A stretch of DNA of 63,639 nucleotides, filler included. It is 6 parts of 6 records of this genome, joined end to end, with 100 filler letters (N's around TTAATTAATTAA, not from the genome) between each part and the next. Parts side by side here need not be neighbours in the genome. Positions count along the whole stretch, not along the records: positions 49,395 to 63,639 come from SRR31156797_9403; 5 more parts are not named here. One strand, given 5' to 3'. A program made the position numbers and the translations under genes. Every line of letters starts with the position of its first letter. Position 1 is the first letter of the stretch. The notes under the pieces are model-generated. The model ran no database searches and was not told the DNA's origin. It saw only the letters and a program-made list of their open reading frames with translations. Below are positions 49,908 through 59,576 of this stretch, piece by piece.

Positions 49908-50330
49908 GATAATTTTTCCCTTTTCAACAGTTCATCGGTTTCCATAATCTCTTCTATTTAAGTTTGATAATGGATTATTACTTCCATATCAGCTTCATAA
50001 TGAATGATGGTTGAAAAGTGGTCAAGATTATTTTTCAGATCCGCAAAAGCAGCCGCTTGTTCTAAATTGAGCCACACCGATTAATTTTATGCTTGTATCC
50101 CGGTTTTTTTTAATGCGTTTACCCTGAGACATCCGGCATAAACATTGCCAATTGCATATAATGAGACTATTATCAAACATCATCGGCGGTGACCATAACA
50201 ACACGGCCCCAATGGCAGGGTCATCGCATGTAAAATTGGCGTGATTTTGATTCAAATAAATTCAAATAGTTAACAAATCACGCGAAGACAAAACTTGAAA
50301 CATCGTCCCATAAGGATACTAGGATTTTAA

Positions 50331-50957
50331 ATGAACGTACTGGCCATCGGGGCCCACTATGACGATATTGAATTAGGATGTGCGGGCGCCCTCATCAAAC
50401 ATGTGCAGAACAATGACAGAGTCACTATTTTTGTGGCTACGGATTCCTCCTACACAACCCCCGACAACAGGCTCGTAAGGGAAAAGACGAAAGCAGCAGC
50501 CGAGGGAGATGCGGCGGCTAAAATTATCGGGGCGGATCTTGTCCGCTTCAACCTGGAAACCTTCCATGTTTTTTTTAACGAGGAGCTGACCGCTGGCATA
50601 TTGCACCAGGTTGAAATCCTTAAAATAGACACCATCTACGCCCCCTGGCTCCATGACATCCACAGGGACCACCAGAATGCAGGAAAAGCGGCCATGATGG
50701 CCGGCAGGCATGTCCCCCGTTTCCTCATGTACCCGCCCAACTGGTACAACTCCGACCAGACCTTTAAAAAACAGATCTTCCAGGATATCTCCGATGTATT
50801 TCAACTAAAATTAAAGGCTGTGAAAGCCCACAAATCGGAAATCAAACGAACGGGAAACAAATGGATCGACTATGTCACCCATACCAACCGGCTGGACGGC
50901 CTTAAAATCGGGGTTGAATATGCAGAATCCTTTGAAGTGATTCGGTATCTGATTTAA
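50331..50957 (+). CDS. PIG-L/LmbE family deacetylase
   Basis: AIGAHYDDIELGC, DIHRDH, AHKSE and YAESFE. Confidence 0.9.
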   Translation: MNVLAIGAHYDDIELGCAGALIKHVQNNDRVTIFVATDSSYTTPDNRLVREKTKAAAEGDAAAKIIGADLVRFNLETFHVFFNEELTAGILHQVEILKIDTIYAPWLHDIHRDHQNAGKAAMMAGRHVPRFLMYPPNWYNSDQTFKKQIFQDISDVFQLKLKAVKAHKSEIKRTGNKWIDYVTHTNRLDGLKIGVEYAESFEVIRYLI

Positions 50958-50984
50958 AATTATAATAAAAGGAAAAAGCGACGG

Positions 50985-52145
50985 ATGTGGAAAATCCCCC
51001 TGTTTGATCTAAATTACGATGCAGAAGAGCTTGATGCCGTTGCACAGGTTCTCAAAAGCAAGTGGCTGAGTGCCGGAGAGAAAACCGCAGAATTTGAAGA
51101 AAATTTCAGTAATTACCTGGGAGAAGGCGTACATTGCTGTGCCGTATCCAATGGAACGGCAGCGCTTCACCTGGCGTTGCTGAGCCAAAACATAGGACCG
51201 GGGGACGAAGTGATCATCTCCGGGTTGACATTTGTTGCAGACCTGAACGTAGTAACACTCACCGGTGCCAAACCGGTTTTAGCCGACATTAAATCCTTGG
51301 ATGACTGGAATGTAGACCCAAGAGACATAGAAAAAAAAATCAGCAAAAAGACCAAAGTGGTGATCGTTGTCCATTATGCAGGATGGCCCTGTGATATGGA
51401 TGAAATCCAAGCATTGTGCAAAAAAAATGGGGTGATCCTGATTGAGGATGCGGCACATGCTCCCGGCGCGGAATATAAGAATCGTAAATGCGGCACATTG
51501 GGCGATATTGGCTGTTTCAGTTTTTTTTCCAATAAAAATCTCTCAACTGGAGAGGGGGGCATGGTGACGTCCCGCGACATAGATCTGATTCAGAAGGTCA
51601 AGCTGATGCGCTCCCACGGGATGACCAGCATGACCATCGACCGCCACCGTGGCAGAGCCATATCTTATGATGTAGTCACACCAGGTTTAAACTACCGAAT
51701 TGACGAAATAAAATCCGCCATCGGCATTGCCCAACTCCAAAAACTGGATAAAACGAACCAAAAGCGAAGAAAACTAATTACATATTATATCAAGCAGTTA
51801 AACAAAACAGAGGGATTAATTATTCCATGGAAAATTCTACCCCAAGACCGGATAACCTCCGGGCATATTTTCCCTATTCTCTTGCCTCTTGGAATAGATC
51901 GGACGGAGTTTGTGGAAAAATTAAAGTCCGAGGGAATCCAGACCAGTATACATTATCCGGCCATGGATAAATTCTCGTATTATCGGAAGAGATTACGCCC
52001 TTCTCCCGAAAAAGCGAACCAAATCTCTGACAGAGTGGTGACCCTTCCATTATACCCGGACTTGTCCAGGGCAGAAATTGATATTATATGCCGGGAAATC
52101 AATCATTTCCTTTTTGCCAAAGCGGGCTCCTCAATACCAGAATAG
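50985..52145 (+). CDS. DegT/DnrJ/EryC1/StrS sugar aminotransferase
   Basis: SNGTAALHLA, IEDAAHAPG, FSFFSNKNLSTGEGG and GLNYR. Confidence 0.93.
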   Translation: MWKIPLFDLNYDAEELDAVAQVLKSKWLSAGEKTAEFEENFSNYLGEGVHCCAVSNGTAALHLALLSQNIGPGDEVIISGLTFVADLNVVTLTGAKPVLADIKSLDDWNVDPRDIEKKISKKTKVVIVVHYAGWPCDMDEIQALCKKNGVILIEDAAHAPGAEYKNRKCGTLGDIGCFSFFSNKNLSTGEGGMVTSRDIDLIQKVKLMRSHGMTSMTIDRHRGRAISYDVVTPGLNYRIDEIKSAIGIAQLQKLDKTNQKRRKLITYYIKQLNKTEGLIIPWKILPQDRITSGHIFPILLPLGIDRTEFVEKLKSEGIQTSIHYPAMDKFSYYRKRLRPSPEKANQISDRVVTLPLYPDLSRAEIDIICREINHFLFAKAGSSIPE

Positions 52146-52207
52146 ATTTGCTATAACTAACAATAAACACCTAAAATTTATTTTCAGCGGCCAAAGTAGA
52201 TGGGACA

Positions 52208-52223
52208 TGGCATTTTTTTTGCT
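52208..52223 (+). promoter_or_regulatory. sigma54 promoter upstream of the nucleotidyltransferase operon
   Basis: TGGCATTTTTTTTGCT = GG-N10-GC. Confidence 0.6.
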
Positions 52224-52346
52224 TACTTAATCTGAAATATCTATTAAATCAATTGGCGACAATTCGGATAATTAAAGTCTTCAACAGGGAGTTCCGATTA
52301 GATATTATAATTAAACAAACCGCTTACAAATTTTAGGAGAAACAGC

Positions 52347-53402
52347 ATGGAAAATTGGGAATCGGTTCTAATCAGACCAGATACCAGAATCATTGACACT
52401 ATTAGAATCATTGATTCCAGCAATCCACTGCTGATCGCTCTAGTTGTCGATAAAGATAAAAAACTTTTGGGAACAGTAACTGACGGAGATATCAGACGCG
52501 GTATACTGCACAATACACACATGGACGCACCCGCCGAACAGATAATGAACCCGAATCCGGTTTTCCTGTCAGTCAATGATTCTGAAAAGAAATTCAAACA
52601 GGTGATCGCTCAAAACAAAGAATGCAGGATCATCCCTGTCCTAGATGAAGAACTGCGGGTGGTTGATATCAAAAGAAATAACCCTTTTTTCAGGACCCAT
52701 CCTCCGAACCCAATCCTGATCATGGCAGGCGGCTTAGGAACAAGACTCAGACCCCTCACTAATGATTGCCCCAAACCATTGCTCAAGGTAGGCACAAAAC
52801 CCATCCTTGAAATTATAATGGACAACTTTACCGACCATGGATTCCATGATTTTTACATATCCATCAATTACAAGGGGGAAATGATCGAAGACTATTTTGG
52901 AGACGGGTCAAAAAAAGACATTTCAATCAAATATATCAAGGAAACAAAGCAACTGGGTACTGCAGGAGCCCTGAGTCTGATGGAAACCATTCCAAACAAA
53001 CCCATTATAGTAATGAACGGAGACCTTCTCACAAAGGTTAATTTTCTGCAGCTTCTCGACTTTCACAATTCAAGTAATGCCCCCGCGACCCTTTGCGTCA
53101 GGGAGCATGATTTTACAATCCCCTTTGGCGTCGCCCGTGTAAATGACTGCAAATTAATCGACCTTGAAGAAAAACCGGTAAATAAAATGTTTGTGAATGC
53201 CGGTATTTACGTTTTGAATCCAGATACCATCCAAATGATCCCCACAAACGAATACTACGATATGACAGATCTATTTTCTGTCCTGCTAAAAAAAGAAAGC
53301 AAGCCAGCAGTTTTCCCTGTAAGAGAATACTGGATGGACATTGGAAAAATGAGTGAATATGAAAAAGCAGGCCGGGTATACGCAACTCTTTTTGAATCAT
53401 AA
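52347..53402 (+). CDS. CBS-domain sugar-phosphate nucleotidyltransferase (PtmE/LegX-like)
   Basis: GTVTDGDIRRG CBS pair, MAGGLGTRLRPLT, PKPLL, LGTAGAL and MNGDLLT. Confidence 0.92.
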   Translation: MENWESVLIRPDTRIIDTIRIIDSSNPLLIALVVDKDKKLLGTVTDGDIRRGILHNTHMDAPAEQIMNPNPVFLSVNDSEKKFKQVIAQNKECRIIPVLDEELRVVDIKRNNPFFRTHPPNPILIMAGGLGTRLRPLTNDCPKPLLKVGTKPILEIIMDNFTDHGFHDFYISINYKGEMIEDYFGDGSKKDISIKYIKETKQLGTAGALSLMETIPNKPIIVMNGDLLTKVNFLQLLDFHNSSNAPATLCVREHDFTIPFGVARVNDCKLIDLEEKPVNKMFVNAGIYVLNPDTIQMIPTNEYYDMTDLFSVLLKKESKPAVFPVREYWMDIGKMSEYEKAGRVYATLFES

Positions 53403-54091
53403 TGACCCTGAAAAATAAAAATTACGTATTCAATCCATCTGAATCCAAAAGAGGATACAAGGTTACGTTGTTCGTTGATTCCTATGAATCATGGATTCAT
53501 CCCTGGGTAGCCAAGTTACAGGATATTATATCTCCATTCCATACAGTTTTCCTTGTTACGGATAAAAATGAAATTCCTGAGGGGGATCTTAATTTCATGC
53601 TGGGGTGCACAAAAATCTTGGAAGAGCGCTATCTTTCATTAAACAAACTCAATCTGGTTATTCATGAAAGCGACCTGCCCTCAGGAAAAGGGTGGTCCCC
53701 CGTTTCCTGGCAGGTACTTGAGGGGTGTAATATAATTCCGGTAGTGCTTTTTGAGGCAGAACCCGGACTGGATTCCGGCCAAATTTTCTTAAGGGGCCAC
53801 ATCAGACTTGACGGCAGCGAACTTTTACCTGAAATCAAGCGCAAACAGGGCCAGAAGACCCTTGAACTGGTTTTAAAATTTTTGGAACAATGGCCGGATA
53901 TGGATGGAACCCCCCAAAAAGGAGAAGGCTCCTTTTTTCCCCGGAGGACCCGAAAAGATGATATGCTTAACCCGAATAAAACCATTGGCGAAAATTTCAA
54001 TCACCTGAGAATAGCAGATAACGAAAATTACCCGGCCTGGTTTGAGCACAAGGGCAAAAAGTTTGTATTAAAAATCTATCCCTTTGAATAA
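53402..54091 (+). CDS. Formyltransferase-like protein of nonulosonate clusters
   Basis: NLVIHESDLPSGKGWSP, LDSG and FNHLRIADNENYPAWF. Confidence 0.8.
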   Translation: MTLKNKNYVFNPSESKRGYKVTLFVDSYESWIHPWVAKLQDIISPFHTVFLVTDKNEIPEGDLNFMLGCTKILEERYLSLNKLNLVIHESDLPSGKGWSPVSWQVLEGCNIIPVVLFEAEPGLDSGQIFLRGHIRLDGSELLPEIKRKQGQKTLELVLKFLEQWPDMDGTPQKGEGSFFPRRTRKDDMLNPNKTIGENFNHLRIADNENYPAWFEHKGKKFVLKIYPFE

Positions 54092-54110
54092 CCGATTTTG
54101 GAGAAATTAA

Positions 54111-55142
54111 ATGAAAGAAATTAAAATTGGAGACAAAACCATCAGCCCTCAAAACGAGTGTTTTGTCATTGCCGAAATCGGGGCCATGTATGAAAACATC
54201 GAAGGGATGAAAACACTGATCCAAAAATGCTCAGATGCCGGTGCTGATGCCGTCAAAATCCAGACGTTCAGAGCAAAAACATTGGCGCTTCCGGGTTCCG
54301 AATTCGAACTGGAAGACGGTTCAAAAATTTCCCAATACGATTTTTTTAAAAAATACGAAATTTCCAGACAGAATCATAAAATCCTGTTTGATCATGCCAG
54401 GGCCAATGATATTATCATGTTTTCAACCCCCAGCCATTATGACGATGTGAATTTTCTAGAAAAACTGAATACACCCGTGTATAAAACAGGATCAGATGAT
54501 CTGACCAACTATCCATTCCTTAGATATATAGGCAAAAAGAATAAACCTGTGATCCTTTCCACAGGCATGTCCACGCTATGGGAAATAGAAAAGGCCATTG
54601 AGGCTGTGACCGGTGCCGGAAATAAGCAAATCATTCTGCTCCAGTGCACCACGTCCTACCCAGCCCGCCCCGAGTTTGCAAACCTATCTGTCATGGAAAC
54701 ACTGGAAAAAACCTTTGGATTGCCGGCCGGCTATTCGGATCATGTACCCGGACTTTTCCCCTCCGTGATGGCCGCAGCCATGGGAGCCTGTGTGGTTGAA
54801 AAACATGTCACCCTCGACCGGAACCTTAAACGGCCGGATTATGAAGTGTCCATAGAACCCCATAAACTAAAAGAAATGGTAGACCAGATCCGGATGATTC
54901 CGGTGCTCAAAGGCTCTCCCGTTAAAAGAATCTGCCCTTCTGAAAAAAAATGGCGGAAAAATGCCAGGAAAAGCCTGGTGGCCTCCAAAGATATAAAAGC
55001 CGGAGATCTTCTGAGCAAAGAGAATATCGGCATCATGCGCCCGGGCACCGGAATACATCCCTGTCACATGGAAATGATTCGGGGCAGAAAAGCCCTGAAA
55101 AATATTACCAAAAATCAGATTCTTGACGGGAATATGTTCTAA
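54111..55142 (+). CDS. neuB: NeuB/PseI/LegI-family nonulosonic acid synthase with SAF domain
   Basis: GADAVKIQT, KTGSDD, PVILSTGMS, CTTSYP, GYSDH, VEKHVT, RKSL and RPGTG. Confidence 0.92.
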   Translation: MKEIKIGDKTISPQNECFVIAEIGAMYENIEGMKTLIQKCSDAGADAVKIQTFRAKTLALPGSEFELEDGSKISQYDFFKKYEISRQNHKILFDHARANDIIMFSTPSHYDDVNFLEKLNTPVYKTGSDDLTNYPFLRYIGKKNKPVILSTGMSTLWEIEKAIEAVTGAGNKQIILLQCTTSYPARPEFANLSVMETLEKTFGLPAGYSDHVPGLFPSVMAAAMGACVVEKHVTLDRNLKRPDYEVSIEPHKLKEMVDQIRMIPVLKGSPVKRICPSEKKWRKNARKSLVASKDIKAGDLLSKENIGIMRPGTGIHPCHMEMIRGRKALKNITKNQILDGNMF

Positions 55143-55147
55143 AAACG

Positions 55148-56191
55148 ATGAAAGTGCTGATTCGGCTGGATGCCGGCCATGAAAAAGGCATGGGGCATCT
55201 TTTCAGAATGCTGGTCTTAAAAAGGACTTTTGAGCGGCATCATATAGACTGCTGTTTTGTAATCAAATCAAATCAAGTTGCCCAGGACCTGCTGGATAAT
55301 GAAAATGTTACTTATTTGAATTTTGCCTCCGGTCTTCATGAAAATGAAATTGTTGATAACACCCTATCCCGGATACAGGATCCATTGGTTTGGATTTTTG
55401 ACCTTTTGGATACCAAACCCGGCTGGATATCATCGGTTAAGGCGCATGGCATCCCGGTTGTCAGCCTGGATGATCTTGGAGCAGGCCCCCGGGAAGCAGA
55501 TCTGGTGATCAATCCCATCTTTGGATGCTGGGAAAAGGTCCGAAACCGTTTCAAAGATTTATGTCACATTAAAAACGGACCGGGATATGCCATCCTTGAT
55601 CCGGGTCTATCGGAATTTTCACCGCCGCCGGAGCCGGAAAACATTTTTAGTTTAGGCATCAGCATGGGAGGCAGCGACACCTACGGTGCAACGGTTGCCC
55701 TTGCTGAACTATTGGCCCGGTTAAAGATACAAAAAGTAAAAATTCATTTTTTCCTGGGCCCCCATTTTATGCACCACAAAGAATTAAAGAAGATAGTCAA
55801 CGGTTTTGAGCGCCCTTATCTGATCCGCAAGGCGGTTCAGGACCTCCCCCGAGAACTGACCCGGATGAACATGGTAATATGCTCAGGGGGACAGACTCTT
55901 TTTGAAATGCTCGCAACAGGAATGCCGGTTCTGGCCCTTGCCAATGAAAAACATGAAGAAAATACCATTGATTGTTTTGTCCGGAAAACGGCATGCCTTT
56001 CCCTGGGCTCCATTCATAAAAGAATCCGGAAAGATATCCTCGCGGAGGCATTGAAAACCATGATACACTCATACTCCAGTTTATCTGTGATGGGTCGGAC
56101 CGCAAAAAAAATATTAGATGGACAGGGTGCGGCCAGATGTGCTGAATTGGTATTATCCCTTCTCCACCAGAGGAATAACGATGACAAATAA
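55148..56191 (+). CDS. PseG/SpsG-like nucleotide-sugar hydrolase (GT-B fold)
   Basis: IRLDAGHEKGMGHLFR, GPGYAIL, SMGGSD, SGGQTLFE and LDGQGA. Confidence 0.85.
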   Translation: MKVLIRLDAGHEKGMGHLFRMLVLKRTFERHHIDCCFVIKSNQVAQDLLDNENVTYLNFASGLHENEIVDNTLSRIQDPLVWIFDLLDTKPGWISSVKAHGIPVVSLDDLGAGPREADLVINPIFGCWEKVRNRFKDLCHIKNGPGYAILDPGLSEFSPPPEPENIFSLGISMGGSDTYGATVALAELLARLKIQKVKIHFFLGPHFMHHKELKKIVNGFERPYLIRKAVQDLPRELTRMNMVICSGGQTLFEMLATGMPVLALANEKHEENTIDCFVRKTACLSLGSIHKRIRKDILAEALKTMIHSYSSLSVMGRTAKKILDGQGAARCAELVLSLLHQRNNDDK

Positions 56192-57056
56192 TCTTCCCGA
56201 TGCTGTTTTCATTGAACCCACCAACTATTGCAACCTGAAGTGCACCATGTGTCCCCAGGGACATGACCTGATTAACAAAAAAGGATGGCTTGATTATTCC
56301 TTATTCGAAAAAATAATGGACGAAATTGCCTCCATTCCCGATTTCAAACCGTTGATCGGACTTCACATGCACGGGGAGCCTTTGATGCATAAAAGGCTGA
56401 CAGATATGATCGCCCATGCCGGCAGACAGGAATTACAAACCCAGCTCCATACCAATGGTGTATTGTTAACTCCGGAGAAATCAAAAAAAATCATTGAAGC
56501 CGGGCTTTCTGAAATTACTTTCAGTTTTGAGGGGGAAGACAAAAACCGTTACAAAAACCTTAGAATAAATAGCGATTATGATCTAGTCCGGAAAAACATT
56601 AAAAATTTTTTAGAACGTAAACGACAGACCAAGGTTATTATTGAGATTCTAAAATTCAGGGGCCTGGATTCCCTAAAAATAAATGATTCCTTTAAATCGG
56701 ATTTCCCCGGTGCGGAATTTAAAAGTTATTATGCCAGCGATTGGCATGGAAACATTGATGATCCAGAACTGGGTGAAAAACAAATATATACCTCCCAGCC
56801 TGGTATGTGCAAAACCGCCCAGACCGTATTCGCAATTTCATGGGACGGCCTTGTCCACCCCTGCTGTCTGGATTTTAATAACGAACTGATTATCGGAGAT
56901 ATAAACACCCAGTCCATTCTTGAGGTATGGCATGGCACTCAACGCAAAGAGGTGTTACACAAAATGAAAAAAGGGTTGTATAAAAAATTCTCCCTTTGCC
57001 GTCATTGTGGTGCGCCGTACACACTGACAACCAAAGAACGGAACATTGAACAATAG
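56181..57056 (+). CDS. Radical SAM/SPASM(twitch) protein 1
   Basis: IEPTNYCNLKCTMC, GEPLMH, C…ISWDGLVHPCCLD…IGD…CRHC. Start moved to ATG 56181 (AGAGG RBS). Confidence 0.9.
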   Translation: MTNNLPDAVFIEPTNYCNLKCTMCPQGHDLINKKGWLDYSLFEKIMDEIASIPDFKPLIGLHMHGEPLMHKRLTDMIAHAGRQELQTQLHTNGVLLTPEKSKKIIEAGLSEITFSFEGEDKNRYKNLRINSDYDLVRKNIKNFLERKRQTKVIIEILKFRGLDSLKINDSFKSDFPGAEFKSYYASDWHGNIDDPELGEKQIYTSQPGMCKTAQTVFAISWDGLVHPCCLDFNNELIIGDINTQSILEVWHGTQRKEVLHKMKKGLYKKFSLCRHCGAPYTLTTKERNIEQ

Positions 57057-57152
57057 ATCTGGGGCTAAGAGCTCTTTCATCTCAAACCGGCCAACCGTAC
57101 CGGATATTTTCTTTTTGTACCGGTTTGTGATTTTTCAACGGAAGGAATAAAA

Positions 57153-58148
57153 ATGACAGAAATAAAAGTAAACCATCGATATCAGGAAATTGAACTGGAT
57201 GACTCGTGGAAAGCGGCCTATGGTGACGACTATTGGAGCTATAGAGACAAATGGCATCAGGTCCCCCTCAAAAAAATGAAAACAGACTTTCCCATGCACC
57301 TGGACATTGAAATCACAAACCACTGCAACCTGTTGTGCCCAATGTGCCCCAGAACACTGATGGTCAAAGAAGGGAAAAAAATAACTCCCTATTATGTTGA
57401 TTTTAAGGTTTTCAAAACCGCCATCGACCAGGGGAAAAACAAAGGCCTCTATGCCGTTAACCTGAATGCTGCAGGCGAGACCCTGTTCCACAAAGATATT
57501 GTCAAAATGGTACGGTATGCAAAAGAAAACGGTGTTCTTGATATCATGTTTCATACCAACGCAACCCTGCTTACAGAAAAAATTTCCAGTGAATTAATTG
57601 ATGCCGGCCTTGATAAGCTCATCGTTTCTTTTGATTCTCCAGTGAAAGACCACTATGAAAAAATCAGGATCAATGCCAGGTTCGACTCTGTGGTCCGAAA
57701 TGTAAACAAAGTTGCCGAGTTGAAAGAACAACTTGAAAAAAAAATCCCACAATTACGAATCAATATGGTCGTGATGAAGGAAAATGAACATGAAAAACAG
57801 ATGATGATTGACTTTTGGAATGGAAAGGTAAACGGCATCGGATTCCTTGGATGTATCAATCCATTGTCACTGGATCAGGACGATCGAAGTATTAAAGGAG
57901 CAAAATACGACAATAACTTTTGTTGCGAAAAGCTTTGGCAACGACTGACCATTGCATACAATGGAGATATCAAACTATGTCATATGGATGAATATAATCA
58001 GATCAGCCTTGGGAATATATTCGATGACGATATTGCAGATGTATGGAACGGGGATCAGATCAATTCCATCCGGCAAAAACATTTAACAGGAAAAATCCAC
58101 CAAATCGGCCCCTGTAAAATTTGCGGTCTGCCGGCATCCCGGGAATAA
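57153..58148 (+). CDS. Radical SAM/SPASM(twitch) protein 2
   Basis: FPMHLDIEITNHCNLLCPMC, C..LWQRLTIAYNGDIKLC and CKIC. Confidence 0.9.
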   Translation: MTEIKVNHRYQEIELDDSWKAAYGDDYWSYRDKWHQVPLKKMKTDFPMHLDIEITNHCNLLCPMCPRTLMVKEGKKITPYYVDFKVFKTAIDQGKNKGLYAVNLNAAGETLFHKDIVKMVRYAKENGVLDIMFHTNATLLTEKISSELIDAGLDKLIVSFDSPVKDHYEKIRINARFDSVVRNVNKVAELKEQLEKKIPQLRINMVVMKENEHEKQMMIDFWNGKVNGIGFLGCINPLSLDQDDRSIKGAKYDNNFCCEKLWQRLTIAYNGDIKLCHMDEYNQISLGNIFDDDIADVWNGDQINSIRQKHLTGKIHQIGPCKICGLPASRE

Positions 58149-58151
58149 ACA

Positions 58152-58847
58152 ATGACATTAGGTATCATTATACAGGCCCGGATGGGATCCAGGCGGCTTC
58201 CTGGAAAAGTGTTAAAAAACATCGGAGAGCAGCCCCTGTTAGGTCATATTCTGACCCGGCTGAAAAGACTGGAACATGATGCCACAACCATAGTCGCCAC
58301 CAGTTCATTGATTCAAGATGCCCCCATTGAGAGCTTCTGCCGGGAAAACCGCGTCCACTGTTTCCGGGGAGCCCATGAAAATGTTCTCCAGCGTTATTAT
58401 GATTGTGCCCTTGAAAACAAATTCAAACAGATCCTGAGACTTACTGGGGATGACCCATTTTTCGACATTGAGGAAATCGACAGATTGATTGATCTTCATC
58501 TATACTCAAATTCGGATCTGACACACTCTTATCCGGTCCTTCCTTTTGGCGTGGGGGCTGAAATATTTACTTTTGAGGCCTTAGAAAAAAGTATACTATC
58601 AACCAAAGATCCCTTTCACCTTGAACATGTAGATGAATTCATCCTTCAGAACCCCGGCATTTTTAAGATCTCGGTTCTGGATGTGCCGGTTAAAAAAAAT
58701 AGGCCGGATATCAGACTGACAGTTGATACAGAAGATGATTACAAAAGGGCATGTTTCATAATTAAAAACGCATCCCGGCAATATATCACAACATTGTCCG
58801 CAATTGAACTTGCCATGGCCTATGATAAAAGAATGAAAGCCCAATGA
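58152..58847 (+). CDS. SpsF-like cytidylyltransferase (CMP-nonulosonate synthetase family)
   Basis: IIQARMGSRRLPGKVL, RLTGDDP, EHV and RLTVDTEDD. Confidence 0.88.
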   Translation: MTLGIIIQARMGSRRLPGKVLKNIGEQPLLGHILTRLKRLEHDATTIVATSSLIQDAPIESFCRENRVHCFRGAHENVLQRYYDCALENKFKQILRLTGDDPFFDIEEIDRLIDLHLYSNSDLTHSYPVLPFGVGAEIFTFEALEKSILSTKDPFHLEHVDEFILQNPGIFKISVLDVPVKKNRPDIRLTVDTEDDYKRACFIIKNASRQYITTLSAIELAMAYDKRMKAQ

Positions 58848-59548
58848 AAAACAAAAGAGTCGTCATTCATCAACCCGATTTTCTCCCTTACCTGGGATTC
58901 TTCCACAGGCTGCTCCATTGCGACACCCTTGTCTTCCTTGACAATGTTCAATTCAATCAAGGCGGCAGCAGGACATGCTGGCATAATAGAGATAAAATTA
59001 AAACCACGGGCGGGGAAAAATGGGTAACGGTATCTGTCAGAAAAGCAAGTCTTGGAACCCTGATTAATGAAATCAAATTATCCGACCATACAGCCTGGCG
59101 AAAAAACAATTTGAATCTGATCAGGGAGAATTATAAAAAGGCAGGCTTTTTTAAAGAAATTTTTCCATATATTGAAACAATTTATGCCAATGACACCGAT
59201 TCCCTATGTCAATTCAACATCAGGGGCCTCCATATTCTCATGGAGCTTTTCGACCTAAAAATTGAAACAAGTCTTGCCAGTGAATTGAATTGCAGAGGGA
59301 AAGCCAACGACCTTGTTGTCGATATTTTAAAACAGTTAGGTGCAGACACTTATATTTCAGGTGTGGGAGCAAAAGATTATTTTAAGCCCGAGCCCTTTGA
59401 AAAAGCTGGAATCAAAATTGCTTGGCAAAATTTCACCCATCCGCTATACACCCAATGCCATGGGGAATTTATCCCTTTTCTCAGCAGCATTGATCTACTT
59501 TTCAACTGTGGAATTAAGCATTCAAGAAAAATATTACAACAAATTTAA
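58844..59548 (+). CDS. WbqC family protein
   Basis: IHQPDFLPYLGFF, NRDKI, YISG, Y.Q..GEFIPFLSSIDLLFNCG. Confidence 0.9.
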   Translation: MKNKRVVIHQPDFLPYLGFFHRLLHCDTLVFLDNVQFNQGGSRTCWHNRDKIKTTGGEKWVTVSVRKASLGTLINEIKLSDHTAWRKNNLNLIRENYKKAGFFKEIFPYIETIYANDTDSLCQFNIRGLHILMELFDLKIETSLASELNCRGKANDLVVDILKQLGADTYISGVGAKDYFKPEPFEKAGIKIAWQNFTHPLYTQCHGEFIPFLSSIDLLFNCGIKHSRKILQQI

Positions 59549-59576
59549 CGGGTAGCGTCAACTTTTTCGACAAAAG

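Noticed and set aside
49931-49960. sigma28 promoter for flaG (ACCGATGA on the minus strand)
   Set aside because: The nearest TAAA is 17 nt away rather than 15; too weak to call.
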